A stretch of 64,000 nucleotides of DNA from Ascoidea asiatica JCM 7603 (GCA_001600695.1 BCKQ01000001.1:352279-416278); one strand, 5' to 3'. Counted from the first letter of the stretch, positions 25,018 through 36,639 are shown. Numbers and translations: made by a program. Notes: generated by a model not told the origin, from the letters alone.

Positions 25018-26790
25018 ATGTTTCATTTACATTCAAGAACAATTTCAATGTCTGTGAATCAAATAAATAGTTATAAGAAATATAAAAAAAATTCATTAAT
25101 CTCAATCTCAATTATATTCTTATTCTCTTTATTTTATTTCTTTAATATTTTCTTTAATCCAATCTCAAATTATAATAATTATTATTTATCAAATTTAATT
25201 GAATCAAATAATCAAAAAAAATTTTTTAATGAATTTTTTCAAATTTTCTTAAATTCAAAACCAATTTGTAAAAATTTAAATAATTATCAAAAAAATTCAA
25301 AAGAAATTGATAGATTAAGTTATGAAAGTTTTAATAAAAATAATGAAAAAATTTTATCTAAGAATTATTTATTAAAATTTCTTAAATTATCAAAATTTCA
25401 AATTAATGAATTAAAAAAAAAACATAATTTTTTCATAAATCATTTACCAAATAATAATTTATTTAAAGGTAAAGAAAATAAATTCTTTAAAGGTAATGGA
25501 ATTTGTTTTGTTGGTGGTGATGATTATAATTGGTTGAATTTATTAAGTATAAAATTTTTAAGAAATATGGGTTCAAGATTACCAATTGAAATTTTTATAC
25601 CAAAAATAAATTATTCAAAAAATGATTTATTTTATTGTACTAAAATTTTACCAAGATATAATGCTGAATGTATAAAAATTGATCAATTTTTAGATAAAAA
25701 AACTTTAAATAAATTCTCTTTCAAAGGTTATCAATATAAATCTTTAGCTTTATTATTTTCTTCTTTTGAAAATGTTTTATTATTAGATTCTGATAATATT
25801 CCAATTAAAAATTTCGATTATTTATTTCATGATAAAATTTTTAAAGAAAAAGGTTTATTTATTTGGCCTGATTATTGGAAAAGAACAACAAGTCCATTAT
25901 TTTATGATATTGCTGATATAAAAATTTCTGATAAAAGAATTAGATTTGGTTATAATAATATTGAAAAAGAGAGTAATAATAATAATAATGATAACAACAA
26001 TAAAAGTGAAAATGAAAATGAAAACAAGAATGAAAATAAAAAAGAAAATAGAGATGAAAATGAAAATACAAATCAAAATAATAATGAAAATGAAAATGAA
26101 AATTTTATAAATGTAGATGAAGATATACCTTTACATGATAGAGAAGGTTCAATTCCAAATCCAACAAGTGAATCTGGTCAAATATTAATAAATAAATCCT
26201 CTCATTTTAATACAATTCTATTATCTTTATATTATAATATTTATGGTCCTGAATTTTATTATCCTTTATTATCTCAAGGTACAAGTGGTGAAGGTGATAA
26301 AGAAACTTTTTTAACTGCAAATATTGTACTTAAAAATGATTATTATCAAATAACTGAAAAAGTTGGTGCAATTGGTCAATGGATTAAAAAATCTGATGGT
26401 AATTTTCAATTCTTCGGTCATGGTATTGGTCAAAATGATCCAATTGAAGAATATTATTATGAAAAAAATGAAAGAAAAGAAAAAGCAAATATAATGTTTG
26501 TACATGCAAATTATCCAAAATTAAATCCATTGAATTTAATTAAAACAAATCAATTAAGATATTATGATAAAAAAAACTATGTTAGATTTTATGGTGATCT
26601 TAAATTAGAAAATGGTAAAGATTTTGAATTAGAAGTTTGGTCTTTAATAAAATCTTTATTATATGAATTTAAATATGATTTACATAAATTATTCACAGAT
26701 TTCGATGTTAGAAAGAAAGATTCAAGAGATACACTAATAAAAGAAGTTGTTGAATATCATAACTTTTTAAGTCAATCAAAAAAATCATAG
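25018..26790 (+). CDS. MNN2: Golgi alpha-1,2-mannosyltransferase, MNN2/MNN5 family (GT71)
   Basis: Type II N-terminal TM segment. Motifs GYQYKSLALLFSSFENVLLLDSDN (DxD), WPDYWKRTTSP, ESGQ, YYPLLSQG..GEGDKETF, F.HAN.PK. Confidence 0.88.
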   Translation: MFHLHSRTISMSVNQINSYKKYKKNSLISISIIFLFSLFYFFNIFFNPISNYNNYYLSNLIESNNQKKFFNEFFQIFLNSKPICKNLNNYQKNSKEIDRLSYESFNKNNEKILSKNYLLKFLKLSKFQINELKKKHNFFINHLPNNNLFKGKENKFFKGNGICFVGGDDYNWLNLLSIKFLRNMGSRLPIEIFIPKINYSKNDLFYCTKILPRYNAECIKIDQFLDKKTLNKFSFKGYQYKSLALLFSSFENVLLLDSDNIPIKNFDYLFHDKIFKEKGLFIWPDYWKRTTSPLFYDIADIKISDKRIRFGYNNIEKESNNNNNDNNNKSENENENKNENKKENRDENENTNQNNNENENENFINVDEDIPLHDREGSIPNPTSESGQILINKSSHFNTILLSLYYNIYGPEFYYPLLSQGTSGEGDKETFLTANIVLKNDYYQITEKVGAIGQWIKKSDGNFQFFGHGIGQNDPIEEYYYEKNERKEKANIMFVHANYPKLNPLNLIKTNQLRYYDKKNYVRFYGDLKLENGKDFELEVWSLIKSLLYEFKYDLHKLFTDFDVRKKDSRDTLIKEVVEYHNFLSQSKKS

Positions 26791-27001
26791 ATTCAATTTT
26801 CAATAAAAAGAACACCTTTCTGGAAAAGACCTTTTTTTTTGCACTTTTTAATTCAAAATTTAATAGATTCATTTTTTTTTTTCTTTTTTTAGTTTTATTT
26901 TTCAAAAGCATTTTCATTTTTGTATGTTATAGTTTTCAGTTAATTCCCAGTTTCCCAGTTAATACATAATTTATTCACAGTTATATATATATTTATAATA
27001 T

Positions 27002-29509
27002 TCAATTATAATTGGATGTCGTCAAATATTTTCCATTTTCATCAAACTTCCTTAGAAATGTCAATCCATTGAAATGAGCTTTATCTAGGCCTGTAACCAA
27101 ATTAAATAAAATAGAAATAAAAGGACTCATATTATGAATAACCAAATTTATAAATTGTTCAAATTCATCATCTTTTACTTTTAAAAAATCTTTTTTACTT
27201 GATTCAATTTGATCAATTGAAACATATTCTTTTTTTTTAGAATTATAAATGTAATTAGATAAGTAATTATGTAAATGTAATTTAAGATTCTTTGAATTGA
27301 CTTTATAATTAAAATTATGAACTGAATCAACTTTATTATTTATGAAATTCAAATTGTTATTTCCAATTGATATTGAATAATTTTTCTTTAAATCTATTAA
27401 TAATTCTAGTATTAACTCATCATATTTATCCTCATTATAATAAAATGATAAATATTTTAATTTGGTTCTAATTTTTCGACAATTTTCACATTTACAATTA
27501 AAAAGAAACTTTAATAATGTACTTTTCTCATTTGAATAAATATCAATCAAAAAAGTTTTGAAAATATCTTCAATTATTATTTCTTTAATATTCAAACAAT
27601 TAAATCTAATTTCCTTGATAAAATTCAATAAAAGCAAATAACTCTTGTTATTACTATTAATACTGTCAAATCTTATTTCATTGAAATAATTATCAAAATC
27701 ATCTAATTTGGAATCGGATAATAAATTTTTAGAAATTTGATTGATATAATTTTGATAATCAACTTTAAGATTTGAAACTTTTGAAATTTGATTTAAAAAA
27801 TCATTTGTAAAAAGATTAAGATGTAAATATTTTAAATGTTTTTGAGAAGTTATGAATTTATTGATTTCAGTTAAGAATTGAAAGAAATTTGAATTTGAAT
27901 TGAAATTATTTGAATTTAAATTCAAATTTGAGTTCAAATTTAATAATGAAATTGACAATTTTTCTAAATTAAGATTGATTTTTTTTTTTGAAATTAAGTT
28001 ATTGAAATAATTGAAAAAATCATTTATACAAGAAGTACAGTTTTTATGATTATAATTATGTGAACAACTTAAGTTTAGTTGTAATTTTAAAATTTTATCT
28101 ATATCAAATATTTTTGAAAGTTTTTCAAAAAAAATTGGAATATTTTCTGAAAAAATTGTATAATCTATGGATAATGAAATTAAATTTGGGAAAAAAAAAT
28201 AATTATAATTTTGATTTTTATCATTATCATTATCATCATTATTATCATTATCATTATCAACATTATTATCATTATCGTTATCGTTCTTTTTCTTATCAAT
28301 ATATAATTGATTCATAAATTGAAGAAAAGTATCACTTTGAAATGAATTGTTTGAAATATTTAAATTATTTGAGTTATTTAATGACTTAATTATTAAACAT
28401 GATAAATTTGACAACTTTGAGAGATTTGATAAATTATTTAAAGAATATGAATTGGAATTTAAATTATTATTAGTAAAAGTATTAGATAAATAAATTTCAA
28501 GAGATTTTAAATTATTAAAATTTAATAAAATATTATTTAAATTAAATAAATTTTTAAATTCAATTTTCCAAAAATTTAATAATAAACCTTTTTTTTTCCT
28601 AAAAATTAAAGAATTATAAATTGAATTATAGAATTTTAGAATTGATAATAAATTATCATTATTAATTTGATTATTTTGATTATTAACTGAAGAAATAATT
28701 TTAAATTTTTTTAGATTTTGAAGATTGGAAATTAAATTAATAAAGTTCAATTTTTGATTATAATTTTTGAAATAATTTAAATTTCTATTAATTGGATTAT
28801 TTAATGAAGAATCACTTAATGAAGAATTTGAGGAATTAAAAATTGATTTTAAATCATTTTTATTATAGAAATTAGTTTTTGAATTTGATACATTATTGAA
28901 AGTATTGTTATTATGGTTATTTTCTAAATTTATATTTGAGTCTAAATCTAGGTCTGAGTCTGAATCTGAATTTGAGTCTGAATCTGAATCTGATGATGTA
29001 TCTGTGTTTGAATCAGAATTTGAATTTATATAAGAATAAGAATTTGAATAAGAATATAAATGAGAAGGAGATAAGAAATTGATTTTATCAATACTATTGT
29101 AATTACATATATTATAATTATTACAATGATTTAAATTGGATAGAGATAAAGAAGAAGAATAAGAAGAAGAAGAAGATTGATTAAAAATTGAATTGAAATT
29201 ATTATTATCATATAAGATATATAAATTTATGATAAATTTATTAAAAATTGGATTTTGAATTAATTTTTTTTGAAAATGGATTAAATTTTTATATCTTAAA
29301 ATTGTGAAATTATTTTTAAAATTATTAATAAATAAATAATTATTAATTATTAAAATATTAGAATATAATTTTTGAATTGAATAAAATTTGAAAAAACTAT
29401 TAACTAAAGAAGTTGAATTAATTATATCATAAGTTGATAAATTATTGAAAATTTTAGTTAGAATATGATTTGGTAAATCAGTTATATTTAGTTTTGATTT
29501 TGAATTCAT
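27002..29509 (-). CDS. F-box protein, Roy1/Ydr131c-like
   Basis: N-terminal F-box ITDLPNHILTKIFNNL followed by KLYSNILI. Cys clusters LSC......CTSC and CKCENC. The C-terminus resembles yeast Roy1 as recalled. Many Asn/Ser insertions. Confidence 0.7.
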   Translation of the reverse strand: MNSKSKLNITDLPNHILTKIFNNLSTYDIINSTSLVNSFFKFYSIQKLYSNILIINNYLFINNFKNNFTILRYKNLIHFQKKLIQNPIFNKFIINLYILYDNNNFNSIFNQSSSSSYSSSLSLSNLNHCNNYNICNYNSIDKINFLSPSHLYSYSNSYSYINSNSDSNTDTSSDSDSDSNSDSDSDLDLDSNINLENNHNNNTFNNVSNSKTNFYNKNDLKSIFNSSNSSLSDSSLNNPINRNLNYFKNYNQKLNFINLISNLQNLKKFKIISSVNNQNNQINNDNLLSILKFYNSIYNSLIFRKKKGLLLNFWKIEFKNLFNLNNILLNFNNLKSLEIYLSNTFTNNNLNSNSYSLNNLSNLSKLSNLSCLIIKSLNNSNNLNISNNSFQSDTFLQFMNQLYIDKKKNDNDNDNNVDNDNDNNDDNDNDKNQNYNYFFFPNLISLSIDYTIFSENIPIFFEKLSKIFDIDKILKLQLNLSCSHNYNHKNCTSCINDFFNYFNNLISKKKINLNLEKLSISLLNLNSNLNLNSNNFNSNSNFFQFLTEINKFITSQKHLKYLHLNLFTNDFLNQISKVSNLKVDYQNYINQISKNLLSDSKLDDFDNYFNEIRFDSINSNNKSYLLLLNFIKEIRFNCLNIKEIIIEDIFKTFLIDIYSNEKSTLLKFLFNCKCENCRKIRTKLKYLSFYYNEDKYDELILELLIDLKKNYSISIGNNNLNFINNKVDSVHNFNYKVNSKNLKLHLHNYLSNYIYNSKKKEYVSIDQIESSKKDFLKVKDDEFEQFINLVIHNMSPFISILFNLVTGLDKAHFNGLTFLRKFDENGKYLTTSNYN

Positions 29510-30249
29510 TTTGAGGAGATTATTAAATGAATTGATGATTGATTGATTGATTGATTGATTAATAGTGAATGAAGAAAAGAATTGAAAGGGGAATTGAAAA
29601 AATAATTGAACAAGTGAATAAAAAAGACGATGGTTAGATATATTTATATATATAAAGTATTGTATTGTATTTTTGTAATTAATGTCAAACTAATTTTGCA
29701 ATTAAAATTAAGGATAAAGAAGACTTATTACTTAATTAGAACTCTAAGAAGTTTGAAGTGAATACGAATTAATATTTATTAATATTTATTAATATTTATT
29801 AATGTTTTTTAATATTTATTAATATTAATTATTATTGATGAATAATTAAGCATATTAAGTGGATATTTAGGCTAAGTTGAACCCAATTCAAGGAAAGCGA
29901 AAGATTTAATTAAATCTGAATTAAAAACTAATTGCAATGGCTGTTGATATTAAATAATGATAAAGAAATTAATCTTTGAAAATTATGTAAAATTTATATC
30001 ATTTTCATATTTTTAAGAATTAAGTGCTTTGAGATTTGTAATTTGAGTATTTTGAGTGAAGAAGTCAAGAGAAAAAGTGATAAACCATGGAAACTAAGAT
30101 ATGAATCCTGTAATAATATCTGGTTATTTGATAATTTGTGAGTCTGTAAAAGAATAAATTGGTTATTGATAATAATAAACTAATATTGATAATAATAATA
30201 AAGTAATAAAATAATAAAATAATAAATAAATAATAAATAATTTACTTTA

Positions 30250-30720
30250 CCTGGTGCCTTCATCGTTTTGTTTACAAATCTTCTTTGGGAATTGCAAAAC
30301 AAGCACCAAAATACATAGTCAGGGCAGCACTAAGAAATATCTAGGACATATATTTTGAGCCAAAATTAGGCTGGGACAAAATACAAACCTTAAAGTTAAA
30401 ACTAAAAAATCCATGGCGGATTTAAACGGAAACAAAAACGGAAAATATGGAATGCAATTATTTAAACTGAAGAGTTTCCGTTTTTGCGGAATTAATCGGA
30501 TCATATAATCCATAGCGGAAATTATAAAAAAAAAGCGAGACCAGAACTGCGGGCCCCTTATGAACCTTGAATAGTAAGCAATTTGGTTACCGTTTGAAGG
30601 TTGATTAGCGTTAAGGTTACCACCACCTTCATATTGTTGATAATTTAAAAAGTATATCCAGAGACTGAAGGGACTGGAGGACTGCAAGAGATAACAAAAG
30701 ACATAAAAATTACTAAAAAA
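30250..30720. promoter_or_regulatory. GC-rich divergent promoter (F-box gene / orphan gene)
   Basis: GC-rich block between head-to-head genes, with several CGGA(A/T) sites. Confidence 0.5.
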
Positions 30721-30787
30721 GACCAAGCTCAATCAATCCTTTATAGTGAATCCAGATAATCTAGCTAAATGCAAAAGTTTGGAAGAT

Positions 30788-33424
30788 ATGGATGCTGCAA
30801 ATCCTAATGATATTTATCAGCTATACAAAAGTAATCCTAGTTTGTTAGATTCTTCCAGTTATAAACAGGAAGGTGATATTATTGTTGTCAATGATTCGGA
30901 CGCTGATTCAGATTCTGACAGTGATAGTGATAGTGATAGTGATAACAGTACTGATATTCAAGAAGTTGGCTGTAATGATGAGATCAATGATGATCAGAAA
31001 ATCAATCATAGTGACATTGATATTGATATTGATGTAGACAAAAACAATCAGCAGCAAAATAATCATTTGAACACAGATGACTTCCAAGAACCAATCCATG
31101 CAAATGAACCAGATAATTCAAATAAATCAATTGAATCACCTCCATCTTTTAAAAGAAGAAAATTATCTGAAGATACTGAAACTAATCAAATAGATGATGA
31201 ATCCCATAATCTTCATCTTAATAATCATTTCAATAAATATATTTCTTCCGATAATCATTCCGATACTCTTTCTCAATCTGATGAAGAGATTCCTATTGTT
31301 TATGATATACATCAAAATCATATAGAAATTAATTCAAATAATCAAATGAATAATAATACCAATAATGAATCAGGAGATATTATAATAGATGATAATGAAG
31401 AACCTGAAATTGTAAAATATACAGAAAATACTAATGAATATACTAATTCTAATGAAACTGATCAATTTGAGAAAGAAAAATTAATTAATGAAATAATTCA
31501 ATATCCTCAACTTGAAAAAATTTATGAAAAATATAATATAAATAATTTTAAATTTTATAATGATGAATTACCTTATTATATAACAAATATACCTTATAAA
31601 AATCATAATAATGAAAACACTGATGATTGTGATTATAATTATGATTATGATAAAGATGAAGTTTTTATTGAATTTCATTTAAAAAGACTAAAATTTTGGT
31701 ATGATTTTAATAAAGAAAATTATAATTTAACAAAAAATCAAATAAAATATAGAGATTATTCAATTTTTAACAAAACTGATTTTTTTACAATTCCTTTAAA
31801 TAATTTAATTTATTTAAATCCTGATAAATTTATACCATTAATAAAAATTGAAATTAAAAATTTTAATAAAAGAAAAGATGATTTAAAACTGAAAAAAATT
31901 CAAGATGAAATTTTAGCAAAACAAAAAAAATTAGAAAATGATTTAAGAGAAAAAAAATTAAAAGAAGAAAAAATAAAAGAAAATTTATTAAAAGAGAAAT
32001 TATTAAAAGAAAAATTATTGAAAGAAAAATTATTAAAAGAGAAAAATTTACAATTAGTATTAAAAGAAAATTCAAATATTGATAATGAAATTAATAATGA
32101 AATTAATAATGATGATAATAATAAACAAATGGTAAAATTTGTCAATCAAGAAGAACTACGAAATTATATAAATGTTAAAGTTTTAAAAAATCAGGAAAAT
32201 AATCAAGATCTGGAGGAGTTAAGAAAACAATGGTTAATATTTATAAGAAACAAATATTATCAAAATTATCAATATAATCAAGAAAATCCACAACATCAAG
32301 AAGATTTAGCTGATCTAAGAGACCTAGAAAAACAATGGGAATTATTCATTAAAACTCAAAATTATCAAAATAATAAATATACAGATGATAATAAACAAAA
32401 TCAAAATGATCAGGAAAATATAAACAATCAAAATAAACAAATTGTAATATATGATGGGACCAAAGAATCTCAAATTCAAAATGATACTAATAATTATTAT
32501 ATCGATAATGAAAAATATAGTGATGCTGTACAACTGTTTAATGGCTCAAATAATACAAATCAGACGTACCCAACCCCAGAAGAACTGGCTGACTTTAGTG
32601 AAAAAATAAATTTAGAAAATAAAAATTATGTTGCAATTATTGAAGAAGATACAAATTCCGAGGAAGAACTTGATAATGTTCCAATAACTAGAGTTGAAGA
32701 TCTTAATACTGATGAGACAAAAGATTTAAAAAAAAAGAAAAAAATTATCAAGAGCGTTAAATTTTCAGAACCAAATGGTATCCAGAATAAAAATAATGTA
32801 ATGTTTGAAAATACTCCATCTCCAATGACTCATTCTAACATAAAGCATGTCCATATTAAAATTCCCTTTAAATCACCCCAAAATTTATCCAACAATTCAG
32901 ATTCTGCAGATGATAATGAAATAATGAACAATATTACAAGTAAACCTATATATGATTATCCTTTTTCCATGAAGAAGAAAAAAAAATCTTCTCTGATTCA
33001 TAAAAAAATTGAGAAGAAAGACCATCATATTAATAAAGAGCCTCATAATTTCAATAATGAAACTCATCCTTATGAAAAACCTCATTTTAATAAAGATAAT
33101 GAAGATGCAGATATAATGAAAGCAATTGCAAATAACACCGTTTATAATAATACTATTTCAAGTAAGATCCTTAAAAAAGACAGTCGGCCAAATTCCAAAG
33201 AGAAAAAGCATAAGATTCAGCATAAAATTAAACCAAGCTCAATTTTAAAGAAAAAAAAAATTAATGATCAAACTGTGATTAATACTGAAAAACAAGCTTC
33301 CAGAAGAAAAGTTTGTTTTTCAACTGATAGTGAATATCAGATAAATGAAATGAGAGAAAAATTGAAACAAAAACAACATATAAAACAAGAGTCTTCAAAT
33401 AGCGAAAATAGAAATCCGAATTAA
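30788..33424 (+). CDS. Hypothetical low-complexity nuclear protein with SIM-like, coiled-coil and SILK/RVxF motifs
   Basis: Uninterrupted ORF of about 880 codons. Track start 30746 is GTG; first ATG is 30788. NLS-like KRRK and EKLLK repeats. No recognisable globular family. Confidence 0.75.
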   Translation: MDAANPNDIYQLYKSNPSLLDSSSYKQEGDIIVVNDSDADSDSDSDSDSDSDNSTDIQEVGCNDEINDDQKINHSDIDIDIDVDKNNQQQNNHLNTDDFQEPIHANEPDNSNKSIESPPSFKRRKLSEDTETNQIDDESHNLHLNNHFNKYISSDNHSDTLSQSDEEIPIVYDIHQNHIEINSNNQMNNNTNNESGDIIIDDNEEPEIVKYTENTNEYTNSNETDQFEKEKLINEIIQYPQLEKIYEKYNINNFKFYNDELPYYITNIPYKNHNNENTDDCDYNYDYDKDEVFIEFHLKRLKFWYDFNKENYNLTKNQIKYRDYSIFNKTDFFTIPLNNLIYLNPDKFIPLIKIEIKNFNKRKDDLKLKKIQDEILAKQKKLENDLREKKLKEEKIKENLLKEKLLKEKLLKEKLLKEKNLQLVLKENSNIDNEINNEINNDDNNKQMVKFVNQEELRNYINVKVLKNQENNQDLEELRKQWLIFIRNKYYQNYQYNQENPQHQEDLADLRDLEKQWELFIKTQNYQNNKYTDDNKQNQNDQENINNQNKQIVIYDGTKESQIQNDTNNYYIDNEKYSDAVQLFNGSNNTNQTYPTPEELADFSEKINLENKNYVAIIEEDTNSEEELDNVPITRVEDLNTDETKDLKKKKKIIKSVKFSEPNGIQNKNNVMFENTPSPMTHSNIKHVHIKIPFKSPQNLSNNSDSADDNEIMNNITSKPIYDYPFSMKKKKKSSLIHKKIEKKDHHINKEPHNFNNETHPYEKPHFNKDNEDADIMKAIANNTVYNNTISSKILKKDSRPNSKEKKHKIQHKIKPSSILKKKKINDQTVINTEKQASRRKVCFSTDSEYQINEMREKLKQKQHIKQESSNSENRNPN

Positions 33425-34055
33425 AAATTTTTATGGCTGAATATTTAAGAATATGAAATATTAGATAGAAAGAAAGATAATACACCTTTTTTCACCTTTT
33501 TAGAAAAAAAAACAGTCTGAATAGCGATGAGAAAAATGAGTATTTTTCAAAAGTATTATATAGTTATTTTGCTATGAAAATACTAAGATGCTAGCGAAGA
33601 TCCTTTTTTTTTGAATTTATTATCTTTTTTTATGGAAGGTTGCATATTTCTTAAAAGTGATGTTTATAATAATTTAGCAATTTTTTGATACCCATTTTTT
33701 TTTATAATGATAATAATGAAATACTTTAACAAAATTGAAAGATAATGAGAACGTCTTTTTATAAAGTCAAAAATTAAGCAAATTTGAAAATTTTAGTAGA
33801 TTGTTTATTGTTACAGAAGAAAAGCAAAAAGATAAAAAAAAGAAAGAAAAAAGTAGAAACAGAACAAAAAAAATTTAGCCTTTAAGTTATTTTTGATCGA
33901 ATGGTAAAGATATTTTTAAGTAATTAAAATGATTGAATGATTATTATTTTATGAATTAATGAATGAATGAATGAATAAAATGAAAGAATAATAATAAATT
34001 TAAAAAACCAAAAAAAAAAAACACAGCATAAAGAAATTAATGAGTTAAATTAAAA

Positions 34056-36137
34056 TTATATTTGCAATAGAGCTAATACTGTGAATAAAGATATAAATAT
34101 AGAGAAAGTTACAAGTTGAATATTAGAAGCATCATTAGTTTTATCACCACCACCTGAAGTTATAGTTGAAGTTGAACCAGTAGTTGAATCAGAATCGGAA
34201 TCATCATTACTATCATCATCATCGGAAGAGGAAGAAGCTGGAGTTGGAACAGCAGAACTTGCAACTGGATCAGTTGCAGAGCTTGCAATTTCGGAATATG
34301 AACTTGAATAAGAAGCAGCTTCAGAAGCACTTGGAATTGAAGAAGAAATAATATCAATATCAGTTTCATTTACATTGAATATAGCTTGAGCCATAGCAAC
34401 TTGTAAATTATCTAAATCATAAACAACATATGCACTTGTTAAAAAAGTATTACCTAAAATTACAGTATCATCACCACTATCAAATACACCAATTGCACAA
34501 TTATTTGTTTTTTTAGTTGAAACTTCCATTAATAAATTATCTAAAAGTACATTAATTTTTAAGCCACTAAAATTAAAAGTTAAATAAACATCTTCTTTAC
34601 CTGCAGTACAATCAACAAGATAAGCATCAACATCAGAAGAATAAGTTCCACCAAAAGCTTTACCAATTCTTTTAAAAACATAACTTGGTACATAAGTTAA
34701 AGTAGTACCACAATCAAGTAAAGCAGATCTTGTTAAACCAGTAATTTCACCAGAACTATAATCGGAAGAATTAGAAGTTAAAGATATTGAAGATAAAGCA
34801 ACATCAAATCTTAAAATATCACTATAACCTAAACTTTCATAAGCATTAATTAAAGGTATTGATTGTAAAGTACCAGAATATTTTTTATGATCAACAGCAC
34901 CAAATAAAATTGAACCGGTTGAAGAATTTGGATCATTTAAATATAAAGAATAAGAGTTAGTTTTAATAAAACCTTGTTCAACTAATTTCATTGGAAAATT
35001 ACTATAAGTATATGGTTTACCAGTTACAGAATTTGAATAAGTTGATTCTAATTTTGGTAAACCAATACCAAAAACAGCAGTTGAAGAATTTGATTCATCA
35101 GCTACAGCAAAAGTTAAATTTTTTATAGTTATATCATTAATTTTAACATTATCATAACCCCAATAACCATAAGCAAAAGTTAAATCACCATATTGAATTG
35201 AAAATAAAGTATCATTATTATGAAAAGTTGAAGAAGTATCTTCATCAAAAGTTCCATAAGTATCACAATCTATAGTTGCTTCAGGTTCCGAAACAGAAGT
35301 TAATGCAGAAGGATCTAAAACTGCAGTTGTTTGAGTTGAAGGAGAAGTTTGAGTTGAAATATATATAACGGTTGCACCATCAGGAATATCAATTGTATAA
35401 GATTGACCATTTATAGTTACAATTTCATTATCAGGATCAGGTATTGGTTCTGCAATTGGAATTGGATTTGGAATTGGACTTCTTTTATTAAAACGAGAAG
35501 TGAAAGAAGAAACTTTTGGAAAATCTTTTATATCTTCATTTTTAATATTATTTAATTCATCAAATAAATTTAATTCTTTTGAATTTGAATTTGAACTTGA
35601 ACTTGAACTTGAATCACTATTAGTTGAACAATATGGATTTGTTGATCTCATTACCCATAAATCTGAAGAACCAGTATCAATTAATACAGAAATTTTTTGT
35701 TTATTACTACCAATTGATAAATTTGCAACATAAAAAGAATATTCATTTGATAAAGTTACTTGATCATAATCTGTTGATCTTTTATTTAAAATTGGTTTAT
35801 TATAAATTGAAGAAGATGAAAGTGAATCACCTTTTTGTATATTAAAATCTAAAGATAATATTGGAAATTTAGATTCTTTATTAATTTCATTATTGATTTC
35901 TTGATCTAATAAATCTTGATCCATTTGATCCATTTGATCTATTTGATCTATTTGATCATTATCAATATATGATTTTTTATTAATATAAGTTGCATTAGAT
36001 AAGAATATTATTGACGATATAATATATGATAAAATTAATAATTTATTAAAACTACTATTGAATATTTTTAAATTTAATAATGTCAGCGGTTTATTTTTTT
36101 TCTTATTTTTTAAATAATTATTCGTGATATTTATCAT
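34056..36137 (-). CDS. Yapsin-like GPI-anchored aspartic protease (A1 family)
   Basis: VLIDTGSSDLWV and ALLDCGTT catalytic motifs, FSIQYGD flap, Kex2 KR sites, ILG..FL.SAYVVYDL, S/T stalk and hydrophobic C-terminal GPI signal. Confidence 0.92.
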   Translation of the reverse strand: MINITNNYLKNKKKNKPLTLLNLKIFNSSFNKLLILSYIISSIIFLSNATYINKKSYIDNDQIDQIDQMDQMDQDLLDQEINNEINKESKFPILSLDFNIQKGDSLSSSSIYNKPILNKRSTDYDQVTLSNEYSFYVANLSIGSNKQKISVLIDTGSSDLWVMRSTNPYCSTNSDSSSSSSSNSNSKELNLFDELNNIKNEDIKDFPKVSSFTSRFNKRSPIPNPIPIAEPIPDPDNEIVTINGQSYTIDIPDGATVIYISTQTSPSTQTTAVLDPSALTSVSEPEATIDCDTYGTFDEDTSSTFHNNDTLFSIQYGDLTFAYGYWGYDNVKINDITIKNLTFAVADESNSSTAVFGIGLPKLESTYSNSVTGKPYTYSNFPMKLVEQGFIKTNSYSLYLNDPNSSTGSILFGAVDHKKYSGTLQSIPLINAYESLGYSDILRFDVALSSISLTSNSSDYSSGEITGLTRSALLDCGTTLTYVPSYVFKRIGKAFGGTYSSDVDAYLVDCTAGKEDVYLTFNFSGLKINVLLDNLLMEVSTKKTNNCAIGVFDSGDDTVILGNTFLTSAYVVYDLDNLQVAMAQAIFNVNETDIDIISSSIPSASEAASYSSSYSEIASSATDPVASSAVPTPASSSSDDDDSNDDSDSDSTTGSTSTITSGGGDKTNDASNIQLVTFSIFISLFTVLALLQI

Positions 36138-36639
36138 TTTGAAGTATATTTATATTTTTATTTATATTTATATTTATACTTATATATATATATATATATT
36201 TATCTATTGTTTATTATATTTTGATTATATTTTATTGTAATTTTTAATTCTTTAAGAAATTGTGTATGAAGTAATATTGTAAATCGAAATGAATTTTAAA
36301 GCGATGAAGTTAAAACGAAATGAATATTAATGGAATGGAATGGGATGGAATAGCAGATGAAGATTAAAATATATACAAAATATGAAATTAAATACAATTG
36401 AATATAATGATTTTGATTCAATAATACAACTTTTGGATAGCTTTATTAATATAACTTGTATAATATATTTGGTAGAATAAAAGAAGAATTATTGGTTTAT
36501 TTGGATCAAATCATAAAATTTACTACTATTAACACTATTATTACGTATTTCCAATAAATAGCTATTATATTATATTATATTTACTTCTATTTACAATACT
36601 ACTACTAACCATTCAATATTCAATATTCAATATATTATT

